Origin: Eledone cirrhosa
Lineage: Eukaryota
Length of the DNA stretch: 64,000 nucleotides
Assembly (NCBI GenBank): GCA_964016885.1
Contig: OZ024740.1
Location: 208,754,001-208,818,000, forward strand
Direction of reading: 5' to 3'
Part shown: positions 51,201 through 64,000 of the stretch, piece after piece
Layout of the letters: every line of letters starts with the position of its first letter
Numbering within the stretch: position 1 is the stretch's first letter
The notes under the pieces: model-generated
Databases searched by the model: none
What the model was told of the DNA's origin: nothing
What the model saw: only the letters and a program-made list of their open reading frames with translations
Program-made: the position numbers and the translations under genes

Positions 51201-54200
51201 TTAGATTTAGCTTAGATTTAGGTGAGATTTAGCTTATATTTAGCTTAGATTTAGGTGTGATTTATCTTAGATTTAGGTGAGATATATATTAGATTTAGCT
51301 TAGATTTAGCTTAGATTTAGGTAAGATTTAGCGTATATTTAGCCTAGATTTATGTGAGACTTAGCTTAGATTTAGCTTAGATTTAGGTGAGATTTACCTT
51401 AGTTTTATCTTAGATTTAGATGAGATTTAGCTTATATTTAGCTCAGATTTAGGTGAGATTTAGCTTATATTTAGCTTAGATTTAGGTGAGATTTAGCTTA
51501 TATTTAGCTCATATTTAAGTGAGATTTAGCTTAGATTTAGGTGACATTTAGCTTAGATATAGGTGTGCTTTAGCTTAGAATTAGCCTAGATTTAGGTGAG
51601 ATTTAACTTATATTTAGCTTATATTTAAGTGAGATTTAGCTTAGATTTAGGTGAGATTTAGCTTATAATTTGGTGAGATTTAGCTTATATTTAGCTTAGA
51701 TATAGGTGAGATTTAATTTATATTTAACTTAGATCTAGGTGACATTTAGCTTATATTTTGCTTAGATTTAGGTGAGATTTAGCTTCGATTTAGCTTAGAT
51801 TTAAGTGACATTTAGCTTATATTTATCTTATATTTATGTGAGATTTAGCTTAGATTTAGGTGAGATTTAGCTCATATTTAGCTTACATTTATGTGAGATT
51901 TAGTTTATATTTAGTTTAGATATAGGTGAGATTTAGCTTATATTTAGATTATATTTAAGTGAGATTTAGCTTAGATTTAGGTGACATTTAGCTTAGATAT
52001 AGGTGTGCTTTAGCTTAGAATTAGCCTAGATTTATGTGAGATTTAACTTATATTTATCTTATATTTAAGTGAGATTTAGCTTAGATTTAGGTGAGATTTA
52101 GCTTATATTTAGCTCAGATTTTTGTGAGACTTAGATTAGATTAAGTTTAGATTTAGGTGAGATTTAACCTATATTTAACTTAGATTTAGGTGACATTTAG
52201 CTTATAATTAGCTTAGATTTAGGTGAAATTTAGCTTAGATTTAGCTTAGATTTAGCTTAGATTTAGGTGACATATAGCTTATATTTTGCTTAGATTTAGG
52301 TGAGATTTAGCTTATATTTAGCTTAGATTTAGGTGAGATTTAGCTGAGATTTAGCTTAGATTTAGCTTTGATTTAGGTGAGATTTAACCTATATTTAACT
52401 TAGATTTAGGTGAGATTTAGCTTATATTTAGCTTAGTTTTATGTGAGATTTAGCTTAGATTTAGCTTAGATTAAGGTGGGATTCAGCTTAGATTTAGCTT
52501 AGATTTAGCTTAGATTTAGGTGAAATTTAACCTATATTTAAATCAGATTTAGGTGAGATTTAGCTTAGATTTAGCTTAGATTTAAATGTGATTTAGCTTA
52601 TATTTAGCTCAGATTTAGGTGAGATTTAGCTTATATTTAGCTCAGATTTAGGTGAGATTTAGCTAAGATTTAGCTTAAATTTAGTTGAGATTTAACTAAT
52701 ATTTAGCTTAGATTTAGGTGAGATTTAGCTTATATTTTGCTTAGATTTAGGTGAGATTTAGCTTATATTTAGCTTACATTTATGTGAGATTTAGCTTATA
52801 TTTAGCTTAGATTTAGGTGAGATTTAGCTTATATTTAGCTTATATTTAAGTGAGATTTAGCTTAGATTTAGGTGACATTTAGCTTAGATATAGGTGTGCT
52901 TTAGCTTAGAATTAACCTAGATTTAGGTGAGATTTAACTTATATTTAGCTTATATTTAAGTGAGATTTAGCTTAGATTTAGGTGAGATTTAGCTTATATT
53001 TAGCTAAGATTTTGGTGAGACATAGCTTAGATTTAGCTTAGATTTATGTGAGATTTAGCTTAGATTTAGATTAGATTAATTTAGATTTAGGTGAGATTTA
53101 ACCTATATTTAACTTAGATTTAGGTGACATTTAGCTTATAATTAGCTTAGATTTAGGTGAGATTTAGCTTAGTTTTATCTTAGATTTAGATGAGATTTAG
53201 CTTATATTTAGCTCAGATTTAGGTGAGATTTAGCTAATATTTAGCTTATATTTAGGTGAGATTTAGCTTAGATTTAGGTTAGATTTAGCTTAGATTTAGG
53301 TGAGATTTAGCTTATATTTAGCTTAGATTTAGGTGTGATTTATCTTAGATTTAGGTGAGATTTATATTAGATTTAGCTTAGATTTAGCTTAGATTTAGGT
53401 AAGATTTAGCTTATAATTAGCTTAGATTTAATTTAGATTTAGGTGAGACTTAGATTAGATTTAGCTTAGATTTAGGTGATATTTAACGTACGTTTAGCTT
53501 AAATTTAGGTGAGATTTAGATTAGATTTAGCTTAGAATTAGGTGAGATCTAGCTTATAATTAACTTAGATTTAGGTTAGATTTAGTTTATATTTAGCTTA
53601 GATTTAAGTGACATATAGCTTATATTTTGCTTAGATTTAGGTGAGATTTAGCTTAGACTTAGGTTAGATTTAGCTTAGATTTAGGTGAGCTTTAGCTTAT
53701 ATTTAGCTTAGATTTAGCTTAGATTTAGGTGAGATTTAGCTCATATTTAGCTTACATTTATGTGAGATTTAGCTTATATTTAGCTTAGATTTAGGTGAGA
53801 TTTTGCTTATATTTAGCTTATATTTAAGTGAGATTTAGCTTAGAGTTAGGTGACATTTAGCTTATATATATGTGTGCGTTAGCTTAGAATTAGCCTAGAT
53901 TTAGGTGAGATTTAATTTATATTTAGCTTATATTTAAGTGAGATTTAGCTTAGATTTAGGTGAGATTTAGCTTATATTTAGCTCAGATTTAGGTGAGATT
54001 TAGCTTATATTTAGCTTAGATTTAGGTGAGATTTAGCTTATATTTAGCTTATATTTAAGTGAGATTTAGATTAGGTATAGGTGTGCTTTAGCTTAGAATT
54101 AGCCTATATTTAGATGAGATTTAACTTATATTTAGCTTATATTTAAATGAGATTTAGCTTAGATTTAGGGGAGATTTAGCTTAGATTTAGGTGAGCTTTA

Positions 54201-57200
54201 GCTTATATTTAGCTTAGATTTAGCTTAGATTTATGTGAGATTTAGCTTATATTTAGCTTATAATTTGGTGAGATTTAGCTTATATTTAGCTTAGATATAG
54301 GTGAGATTTAATTTATATTTAACTTAGATCTAGGTGACATTTAGCTTATATTTTGCTTAGATTTAGGTGAGATTTAGGTTCGATTTAGCTTAGATATACG
54401 TGCATTTAGCTTATATTTATCTTATATTTATGTGAGATTTAGCTTAGATTTAGGTGAGATTTAGCTCATATTTAGCTTACATTTATGTGAGATTTAGCTT
54501 ATATTTAGCTTAGATTTAGGTGAGATTTAGCTTATATTTAGCTTATATTTAAGTGAGATTTAGCTTAGATTTAGGTGAGATTTAGCTTATATTTAGCTCA
54601 GATTTTGGTGAGATTCAGCTTAGATTTAGCTTAGATTTATTTGAGATTTAGCTTAGATTTAGATTAGATTAAGTTTAGATTTAGGTGAGATTTAACCTAT
54701 ATTTAACTTAGATTTAGGTGATATTTAGCTTATAATTAGCTTAGATTTAGGTGAGATTTAGCTTAGTTTTATCTTAGATTTAGATGAGATTTAGCTCATA
54801 TTTAGCTTACATTTAGGTGAGATTTAGCTTATATTTAGCTTAGATTTAGGTGACATTTAGCTTAGATTTAGATGAGCTTTATCTTACATTTAGCCTAGAT
54901 TTAGGTGAGATTTACTTATATTTAGCTTATATTTAAGTGAGATTTAGCTTAGATTTAGGTGAGCTTTATCTTATATTTAGGTGAGATTTAGCTTAGATTT
55001 AAGTGAGATTTAGCTTATATTTAGCTTAGAATTAGGTGAGATTTAGCTTATATATAGCTTAGATTTAGGTGAGATTTAATTTATATTTTGCTTAGATTTA
55101 GGCGACGTTTAGCTTATATTTTGCTTAGATTTAGGTGAGATTTAGCTTATAATTAGCTTAGATTTAGCTTAGAGTTTAGTGAGATTTAGCTTATATTTAG
55201 CTTAAATTTAGGTGAGATTTAGCTTAGATTTAGGTTAGATTTAGCTTAGATTTAGGTGAGATTTAGCTTAGATTTAGTTTAGATTTAGGTGTGATTTATC
55301 TTAGATTTAGGTAAGATTTATCTTAGATATAACTTAGATTTAGCCTAGATTTAGGTGAGATTTAGCTTAGATTTAGTCTAGATTTAGGTGAGATTTAAGT
55401 TATATTTAGCTTATATTTATGTGAGATTTAGCTTAGATTTAACGTAGAATTAGGTGAGATTTAGCTTATATTTAGCTTAGATTTAGGCGAGATTTGACTT
55501 AGATTTAGGTTAGATTTAGCTTAGATTTAGGGAATATTTAGCTTATGATTAGCTCAAATTTAGCTTAGATTTCGGTGAGATTTAGCTTATATTTAGCTTA
55601 GATTTAGGTGAGATTTAGTTTATATTTAGCTTAGATTTAGGTGACATATAGCTTATATTTTGCTTAGATTTAGGTGAGATTTAGCTTATATTTAGCTTAG
55701 ATTTAGGTGAGATTTAGCTTAGATTTAGCTTAGATTTAGCTTTGATTTAGGTGAGATTTAACTTAGATATAGGTGTGCTTTAGCTTAGATTTAGCCTAGA
55801 TTTAGGTGAGATCTAACTTATATTTAGCTTATATTTAAGTGAGATTTAGCTTAGATTTAGGTGAGATTTAGCTTAGATTTAGGTGAGATTTAGCTTATAT
55901 TTAACTTAGAATTTGGTGAGATTTAGCTTATATTTAGCTTAGATTTAGGTGAGATTTAATTTTATATTTAACTTAGATCTAGGTGACATTTAGCTTATAT
56001 TTTGCTTAGATTTAGGTGATATTTAGCTTCGATTTAGCTTAGATTTAAGTGAGATTTAGCTTATATTTAGCTTATATTTATGTGAGATTTAGCTTAGATT
56101 TAGGTGAGATTTATCTCATATTTAGCTCAGATTTTGGTGTGATTTAGCTGAGATTTAGCTTAGATTTAGGTGTGATTTATCTTAGATTTAGGTGAGATTT
56201 ATCTTAGATTTAGCTTAGATTTAGCTTAGATTTAGGTGAGATTTAGCTTAGATTTAGCCTAGATTTAGGTGAGATTTAGCTCATATCTAGCTTAGATTTA
56301 GGTGAGATTTAGCTTATATTTTGCTTAGATTTAGGTGAGATTTAGCTCATATTTAACTTACATTTAGGTGAGATTTAGCTTATATTTAGCTTAGATTTAG
56401 GTGACATTTAGCTTAGATTTAGATGAGCTTTATCTTACAATTAGCCTAGATTTAGGTGAGATTTACTTATATTTAGCTTATATTTAAGTGAGATTTAGCT
56501 TAGATTTAGGTGAGCTTTATCTTATATTTAGGTGAGATTTAGCTTAGATTTAAGTCAGATTTAGCTTATATTTAGCTTAGAATTAGGGAGATTTAGCTTA
56601 TATTTTGCTTAGATTTAGGTGAGATTTAATTTATATTTTGCTTAGATTTAGGTGACGTTTAGCTTATATTTTGCTTAGATTTAGGTGAGATTTAGCTTAT
56701 AATTAGCTTAGATTTAGCTTAGAGTTTAGTGAGATTTAGCTTATATTTGGCTTAAATTTAGGTGAGATTTAGCTTAGATTTAGCTTAGATTTAGGTTAGA
56801 TTTAGCTTAGATTTAGGTGAGATTTAGCTTAGATTTAGCTTAGATTTAGGTGTGATTTATCTTAGATTTAGGTAAGATTTATCTTAGATATAACTTAGAT
56901 TTAGCCTAGAGTTAGGTGAGATTTAGCTTAGATTTAGTCTAGATTTAGGTGAGATTTAAGTTATATTTAGCTTATATTTATGTGAGATTTAGCTTAGATT
57001 TAACGTAGAATTAGGTGAGATTTAGCTTATATTTAGCTTAGATTTAGGCGAGATTTAACTTAGATTTAGGTTAGATTTAGCTTAGATTTAGGTAATATTT
57101 AGCTTATGATTAGCTTAAATTTAGCTTAGATTTCGGTGAGATTTAGCTTATATTTAGCTTAGATTTAGGTGAGATTTAGTTTATATTTAGCTTAGATTTA

Positions 57201-60200
57201 GGTGACATATAGCTTATATTTTGCTTAGATTTAGGTGAGATTTAGCTTATATTTAGCTTAGATTTAGGTGAGATTTAGCTTAGATTTAGCTTAGATTTAG
57301 CTTTGATTTAGGTGATCTTTAACCTATATTTAACTTAGATTTAGGTGAGATTTAGCTTATATTTAGCTTAGATTTAGGTGAGACTTAGCTTAGATTTAGC
57401 TTAGATTTAGGTGAGATTTAGCTTAGATTTGGCTTAGATTTAGGTGAGATTTATTTTATATTTTGCTTATATTTATGTGAGAGTTAGCTTAGATTTAGGT
57501 GAGATTTAGCTCATATTTAGCTTATATTTAGGTGAGATTTAGCTTAGATTTAGGTTAGATTTAGCTTAGATTTAGGTGAGATTTAGCTTAGATTTAGCTT
57601 AGATTTAGGTGTGATTTATCTTAGATTTAGGTGAGATTTATATTAGATTTAGCTTAGATTTAGCTTAGATTTAGGTAAGATTTAGCGTATATTTAGCCTA
57701 GATTTATGTGAGATTTAGCTTAGATTTAGCTTAGATTAAGCTTAGATTTAGGTGAGATTTAACCTATATTTAACTTAGATTTAGGTGAGATTTAGCTTAT
57801 AATTAGCTTAGATTTAGGTGAGATTTACCTTAGTTTTATCTTAGATTTAGATGAGATTTAGCTTATATTTAGCTCAGATTTAGGTGAGATTTAGCTTATA
57901 TTTAGCTTAGATTTAGGTGAGATTTAGCTTATATTTAGCTTATATTTAAGTGAGATTTAGCTTATATTTAGGTGACATTTAGCTTAGATATAGGTGTAAT
58001 TTAGCTTAGAATTAGCCTAGATTTAGGTGAGATTTAACTTATATATAGCTTATATTTAAATGAGATTTAGCTTAGATTTAGGTGAGATTTAGCTTAGATT
58101 TAGGTGAGCTTTAGCTTATATTTAGCTTAGATTTAGCTTAGATTTAGGTGGTATTTAGCTTATATTTAGCTTATAATTTGGTGAGATTTAGCTTATATCT
58201 AGCTTAGATATAGGTGAGATTTAATTTATATTTAACTTAGATCTAGGTGACATTTAGCTTATATTTTGCTTAGATTTAGGTGAGATTTAGCTTCGATTTA
58301 GCTTACATTTATGTGAGATTTAGTTTATATTTAGCTTAGATTTAGGTGAGATTTAGCTTATATTTATCTTATATTTAAGTGAGATTTAGTTTAGATTTAG
58401 GTGACATTTAGCTTAGATATAGGTGTGCTTTAGCTTAGAATTAGCCTAGATTTAGGTGAGATTTAACTTATATTTAGCTTATATTTAAGTGACATTTAGC
58501 TTAGATTTATGTTAGGTTTAGCTTAGATTGAGATTAGATTAAGTTTAGATTTAGGTGAGATTTAACCTATATTTAACTTAGATTTAGGTGACATTTAGCT
58601 TATAATTAGCTTAGATTTAGGTGAGATTTAGCTTAGATTTAGCTTAGATTTAGCTTAGATTTAGCTTAGATTTAGCTTAGATTTAGGTGAGATTTAGCCT
58701 ATATTTAGCTTAGGTTTAGGTGAGATTTATCTTATATGTAGCTTAGAATTAGGTGAGATTTAGCTTATAATTAGCTTAGATTTAGCTTAGAGTTTGGTGA
58801 AATTTAGCTTATATTTAACTTAGGTTTAGGTGAGATTTAGCTTAGATTTAGCTTAGATTTAGCTTAGATTTAGGTGATATTTATCTTACATTTTGCTTAA
58901 ATTTAGGTGAGATTTAGCTTATATTTAGCTTATATTTAGGTGAGATTTAGCCTAGATTTTGGTTAGATTTAGCTTAGATTTAGGTGAGATTTAGCTTAGA
59001 TTTAGGTGAGATTTATATTAGATTTATCTTAGATTTAGCTTAGATTTAGGTAAGATTTAGCTTATAATTAGCTTAGATTTAATTTAGATTTAGGTGAGAC
59101 TTAGATTAGATTTAGCTTAGATTTAGGTGATATTGAACGAACGTTTAGCTTAAATTTAGGTGAGATTTAGATTAGATTTAGCTTAGAATTAGGTGAGATC
59201 TAGCTTATAATTAGCTTAGATTTAGGTTAGATTTAGTTATATTTAGCTTAGATTTAGGTGACATATAGCTTATATTTTGCTTAGATTTAGGTGAGATTTA
59301 GCTTAGATTTAGGTGAGATTTAGCTTAGATTTAGGTGAGCTTTAGCTTATATTTAGCTTAGATTTAGCTTAGATTTAGGTGAGATTTAGCTCATATTTAG
59401 CTTACATTTATGTGAGATTTAGCTTATATTTAGCTTAGATTTAGGTGAGATTTAGCTTATTTTTAGCTTATATTTAAGTGAGATTTAGCTTAGATTTAGG
59501 TGACATTTAGCTTAGATATAGGTGTGCTTTAGCTTAGAATTAGCCTAGATTTAGGTGAGATTTAACTTATATATAGCTTATATTTAAGTGAGATTTAGCT
59601 TAGATTTAGGTGAGATTTAGCTTATATTTAGCTCAGATTTAGGTGAGATTTAGCTTATATTTAGCTTAGATTTAGGTGAGATTTAGCTTATATTTAGCTT
59701 ATATTTAAGTGAGATTTAGATTAGATTTAGGTGACATTTAGCTTAGATTTAGGTGAGCTTTAGCTTATATTTAGCTTAGATTTAGCTTAGATTTAGGTGA
59801 GATTTAGCTTATATTTAGCTTATATTTAAGTGAGATTTAGCTTAGATTTAGGTGAGCTTTATCTTATATTTAGGTGAGATTTAGATTAGATTTAAGTGAG
59901 ATTTAGCTTATATTTAGCTTAGAATTAGGTGAGATTTAGCTTAGATTTAGCTTAGCTTTAGGTTAGATTTAGCTTAGATTTAGGTGAGATTTAGCTTAGA
60001 TTTAGCCTAGATTTAGGTGAGATTTAGCTTAGATTTAGTCTAGATTTAGGTGAGATTTAAGTTATATTTAGCTTATATTTATGTGAGATTTAGCTTAGAT
60101 TTAACGTAGAATTAGGTGAGATTTAGCTTATATTTAGCTTAGATTTAGACGAGATTTAACATAGATTTAGGTTAGATTTAGCTTAGATTTAGGTAATATT

Positions 60201-63200
60201 TAGCTTATGATTAGCTTAAATTTAGCTTAGATTTCGGTGAGATTTAGCTTATATTTAGCTTAGATTTAGGTGAGATTTAGTTTATATTTAGCTTAGATTT
60301 AGGTGACATATAGCTTATATTTTGCTTAGATTTAGGTGAGATTTAGCTTATATTTAGCTTAGATTTAGGTGAGATTTAGCTTAGATTTAGCTTAGATTTA
60401 GCTTTGATTTAGGTGAGATTTAACCTATATTTAACTTAGATTTAGGTGAGATTTAGCTTATATTTAGCTTAGATTTAGGTGAGATTTAGCTTAGATTTGG
60501 CTTAGATTTAGGTGTGATTTAGCTCATATTTAGCTTACATTTAAGTGAGATTTAGCTTATATGTAGCTTAGATTTATGTGAGATTTAGCTTATAATTAGC
60601 TTAGATTTAGCTTAGAGTTTGGGGAAATTTAGCTTATATTTAGCTTAGGTTTAGGTGAGATTTAGCTTAGATTTAGCTTAGATTTAGCTTAGATTTAGGT
60701 TAGATTTAGCCTATATTTAGCTTAGATTTAGGTGAGATTTATTTTACATTTAGCTTAAATTTAGGTGAGATTTAGCTTAGATTTAGCTTAGATTTAGGTG
60801 AGATTTAGCTTATATTTTGCTTATATTTATGTGAGAGTTAGCTTAGATTTAGGTGAGATTTAGCTTATATTTTGCTTATATTTATGTGAGAGTTAGCTTA
60901 GATTTAGGTGAGATTTAGCTCATATTTAGCTTATATTTAGGTGAGATTTAGCTTAGATTTAGGGTTAGATTTAGCTTAGATTTAGGTGAGATTTAGCTTA
61001 TATTTAGCTTAGATTTAGGTGTGATTTATCTTAGATTTAGGTGAGATTTATATTAGATTTAGCTTAGATTTAGCTTAGATTTAGGTAAGATTTAGCGTAT
61101 ATTTAGCCTAGATTTATGTGAGATTTAGCTTAGATTTAGCTTAGATTAAGCTTAGATTTAGGTGAGATTTAACCTATATTTAACTTAGATTTAGGTGAGA
61201 TTTAGCTTATAATTAGCTTAGATTTAGGTGAGATTTACCTTAGTTTTATCTTAGATTTAGATGAGATTTAGCTTATATTTAGCTCAGATTTAGGTGAGAT
61301 TTAGCTTATATTTAGCTTAGATTTAAGTGAGATTTAGCTTATATTTAGGTGACATTTAGCTTAGATATAGGTGTGCTTTAGCTTAGAATTAGCCTAGATT
61401 TAGGTGAGATTTAACTTATATTTAGCTTATATTTAAATGAGATTTAGCTTAGATTTAGGTGAGATTTAGCTTAGATTTAGGTGAGCTTTAGCTTATATTT
61501 AGCTTAGATTTAGCTTAGATTTAGGTGGTATTTAGCTTATATTTAGCTTATAATTTGGTGAGATTTAGCTTATATTTAGCTTAGATATAGGTGAGATTTA
61601 ATTTATATTTAACTTAGATCTAGGTGACATTTAGATTATATTTTGCTTAGATTTAGGTGAGATTTAGCTTCGATTTAGCTTAGATTTAAGTGACATTTAG
61701 CTCATATTTATCTTATATTTCTGTGAGATTTAGCTTAGATTTAGGTGAGATTTAGTTCATATTTAGCTTACATTTATGTGAGATTTAGTTTATATTTAGC
61801 TTAGATTTAGGTGAGATTTAGCTTATATTTATCTTATATTTAAGTGAGATTTAGCTTAGATTTAGGTGACATTTAGCTTAGATATAGGTGTGCTTCAGCT
61901 TAGAATTAGCCTAGATTTAGGTGAGATTTAACTTATATTTAGCTTATATTTAAGTGAGATTAGCTTAGATTTATGTGAGATTTAGCTTAGATTGAGATTA
62001 GATTAAGTTTAGATTTAGGTGAGATTTAACCTATATTTAACTTAGATTTAGGTGACATTTAGCTTATAATTAGCTTAGATTTAGGTGAGATTTAGCTTAG
62101 ATTTAGCTTAGATTTAGCTTAGATTTAGGTGAGATTTAGCCTATATTTAGCTTAGGTTTAGGTGAGATTTATCTTATATGTAGCTTAGAATTAGGTGAGA
62201 TTTAGCTTATAATTAGCTTAGATTTAGCTTAGAGTTTGGTGAAATTTAGCCTATATTTAGCTTAGATTTAGGTGATATTTATCTTACATTTAGCTTAAAT
62301 TTAGGTGAAATTTAGCTTAGATTTAGCTTAGATTTAGGTGAGATTTAGCTTATATTTTGCTTATATTTATGTGAGAGTTAGCTTAGATTTAGGTGAGATT
62401 TAGCTCATATTTAGCTTATATTTAGGTGAGATTTAGCCTAGATTTAGGTTAGATTTAGCTTAGATTTAGGTGAGATTTAGCTTATATTTAGCTTAGATTT
62501 AGGTGTGATTTATCTTAGAGTTAGGTGAGATTTATATTAGATTTAGCTTAGATTTAGCTTAGATTTAGGTAAGATTTAGCTTATAATTAGCTTAGTTTTA
62601 ATTTAGATTTAGGTGAGACTTAGATTAGATTTAGCTTAGATTTAGGTGATATTTAACGAACGTTTAGCTTAAATTTAGGTGAGATTTAGATTAGATTTAG
62701 CTTAGAATTAGGTGAGATCTAGCTTATAATTAGCTTAGATTTAGGTTAGATTTAGTTTATATTTAGCTTAGATTTAGGTGACATATAGCTTATATTTTGC
62801 TTAGATTTAGGTGAGATTTAGCTTAGATTTAGGTGAGATTTAGCTTAGATTTAGGTGAGCTTTAGCTTATATTTAGCTTAGATTTAGCTTAGATTTAGGT
62901 GAGATTTAGCTCATATTTAGCTTACATTTATGTGAGATTTAGCTTATATTTAGCTTAGATTTAGGTGAGATTTAGCTTATATTTAGCTTATATTTAAGTG
63001 AGATTTAGCTTAGATTTAGGTGACATTTAGCTTAGATATAGGTGTGCTTTAGCTTAGAATTAGCCTAGATTTAGGTGAGATTTAACTTATATATAGCTTA
63101 TATTTAAGTGAGATTTAGCTTAGATTTAGGTGAGATTTAGCTTATATTTAGCTCAGATTTAGGTGAGATTTAGCTTATATTTAGCTTAGATTTAGGTGAG

Positions 63201-64000
63201 ATTTAGCTTATATTTAGCTTATATTTAAGTGAGATTTAGATTAGATTTAGGTGACATTTAGCTTAGATTTAGGTGAGCTTTAGCTTATATTTAGCTTAGA
63301 TTTAGCTTAGATTTAGGTGAGATTTAGCTTATATTTAGCTTATATTTAAGTGAGATTTAGCTTAGATTTAGGTGAGCTTTGTCTTATATTTAGGTGAGAT
63401 TTAGCTTAGATTTAAGTGAGATTTAGCTTATATTTAGCATAGAATTAGGTGAGATTTAGCTTATATTTAGCTTAGATTTAGGTGAGATTTAGCTTATAAT
63501 TAGCTTAGATTTAGCTTAGAGTTTAGTGAGATTTAGCTTATATTTAGCTTAAATTTAGGTGAGATTTAGCTTAGATTTAGCTTAGATTTAGGTTAGATTT
63601 AGCTTAGATTTAGGTGAGATTTAGCTTAGATTTAGCTTAGATTTAAATGTGATTTAGCTTATATTTAGCTCAGATTTAGGTGAGATTTAGCTTATATTTA
63701 GCTCAGATTTAGGTGAGATTTAGCTAAGATTTAGCTTAGATTTAGTTGAGATTTAACTAATATTTAGCTTAGATTTAGGTGAGATTTAGCTTATATTTTG
63801 CTTAGATTTAGGGGAGATTTAGCTTATATTTAGCTTACATTTATGTGAGATTTAGCTTATATTTAGCTTAGATTTAGGTGAGATTTAGCTTAGATTTAGC
63901 TTATATTTAAGTGAGATTTAGCTTAGATTTAGGTGACATTTAGCTTAGATATAGGTGTGCTTTAGCTTAGAATTAGCCTAGATTTAGGTGAGATTTAACT
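42218..64000 (+). repeat. 11-bp satellite C, forward array (~21.8 kb, runs off window end) with a distinct variant set
   Basis: Uninterrupted 11-bp monomers with recurrent markers gatataggtgtgctttagcttagaattagcc, aacgtagaattagg and aacgaacgtttag. Confidence 0.97.

Noticed and set aside
1-64000. CRISPR-like array or prokaryotic repeat-associated system
   Set aside because: Repeats are head-to-tail with no unique spacers, there are no cas or other genes, and the SINE points to a eukaryotic genome.
16798-64000. True telomeric tract
   Set aside because: There are no tandem TTAGGG/TTAGG runs. The array is heterogeneous, contains inversions, HORs and a SINE, and shows no terminus.

Overview
This window is non-coding, satellite-dense sequence that looks like eukaryotic heterochromatin. 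No protein-coding gene, functional RNA gene or CRISPR array can be supported, and every ORF in the track is a stop-free reading of a tandem repeat. Three repeat classes fill nearly all of it. (A) A ~20-bp satellite, consensus CCCAAATAAAAAACGGGGCA, runs from 1-7810 and recurs as four ~0.9-1.0 kb inverted blocks. (B) A 7.6-kb compound A-rich microsatellite, (AAAAT)n/(AAAT)n/(AAATG)n, occupies 7811-15423. (C) An 11-bp satellite built from GATTTAGCTTA/GATTTAGGTGA/TATTTAGCTTA monomers fills most of 16.4-64 kb, with a 200-N gap at 42018-42217. A and C are joined in a composite cassette present four times with near-identical junctions: inverted 20-mer block, then inverted 11-mer block, then a fixed fold-back junction, then a forward 11-mer array of variable length. 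The only complex sequence is a ~226-bp tRNA-derived SINE-like insertion at 40654-40879. It has Pol III A/B boxes, a CORE-like motif, a hairpin-rich 3' domain, an A6 tail and a candidate TSD, and apparent empty sites exist in paralogous satellite copies. Satellite strand labels give orientation relative to the stated consensus, and boundaries are read by eye (+/- ~10 bp).
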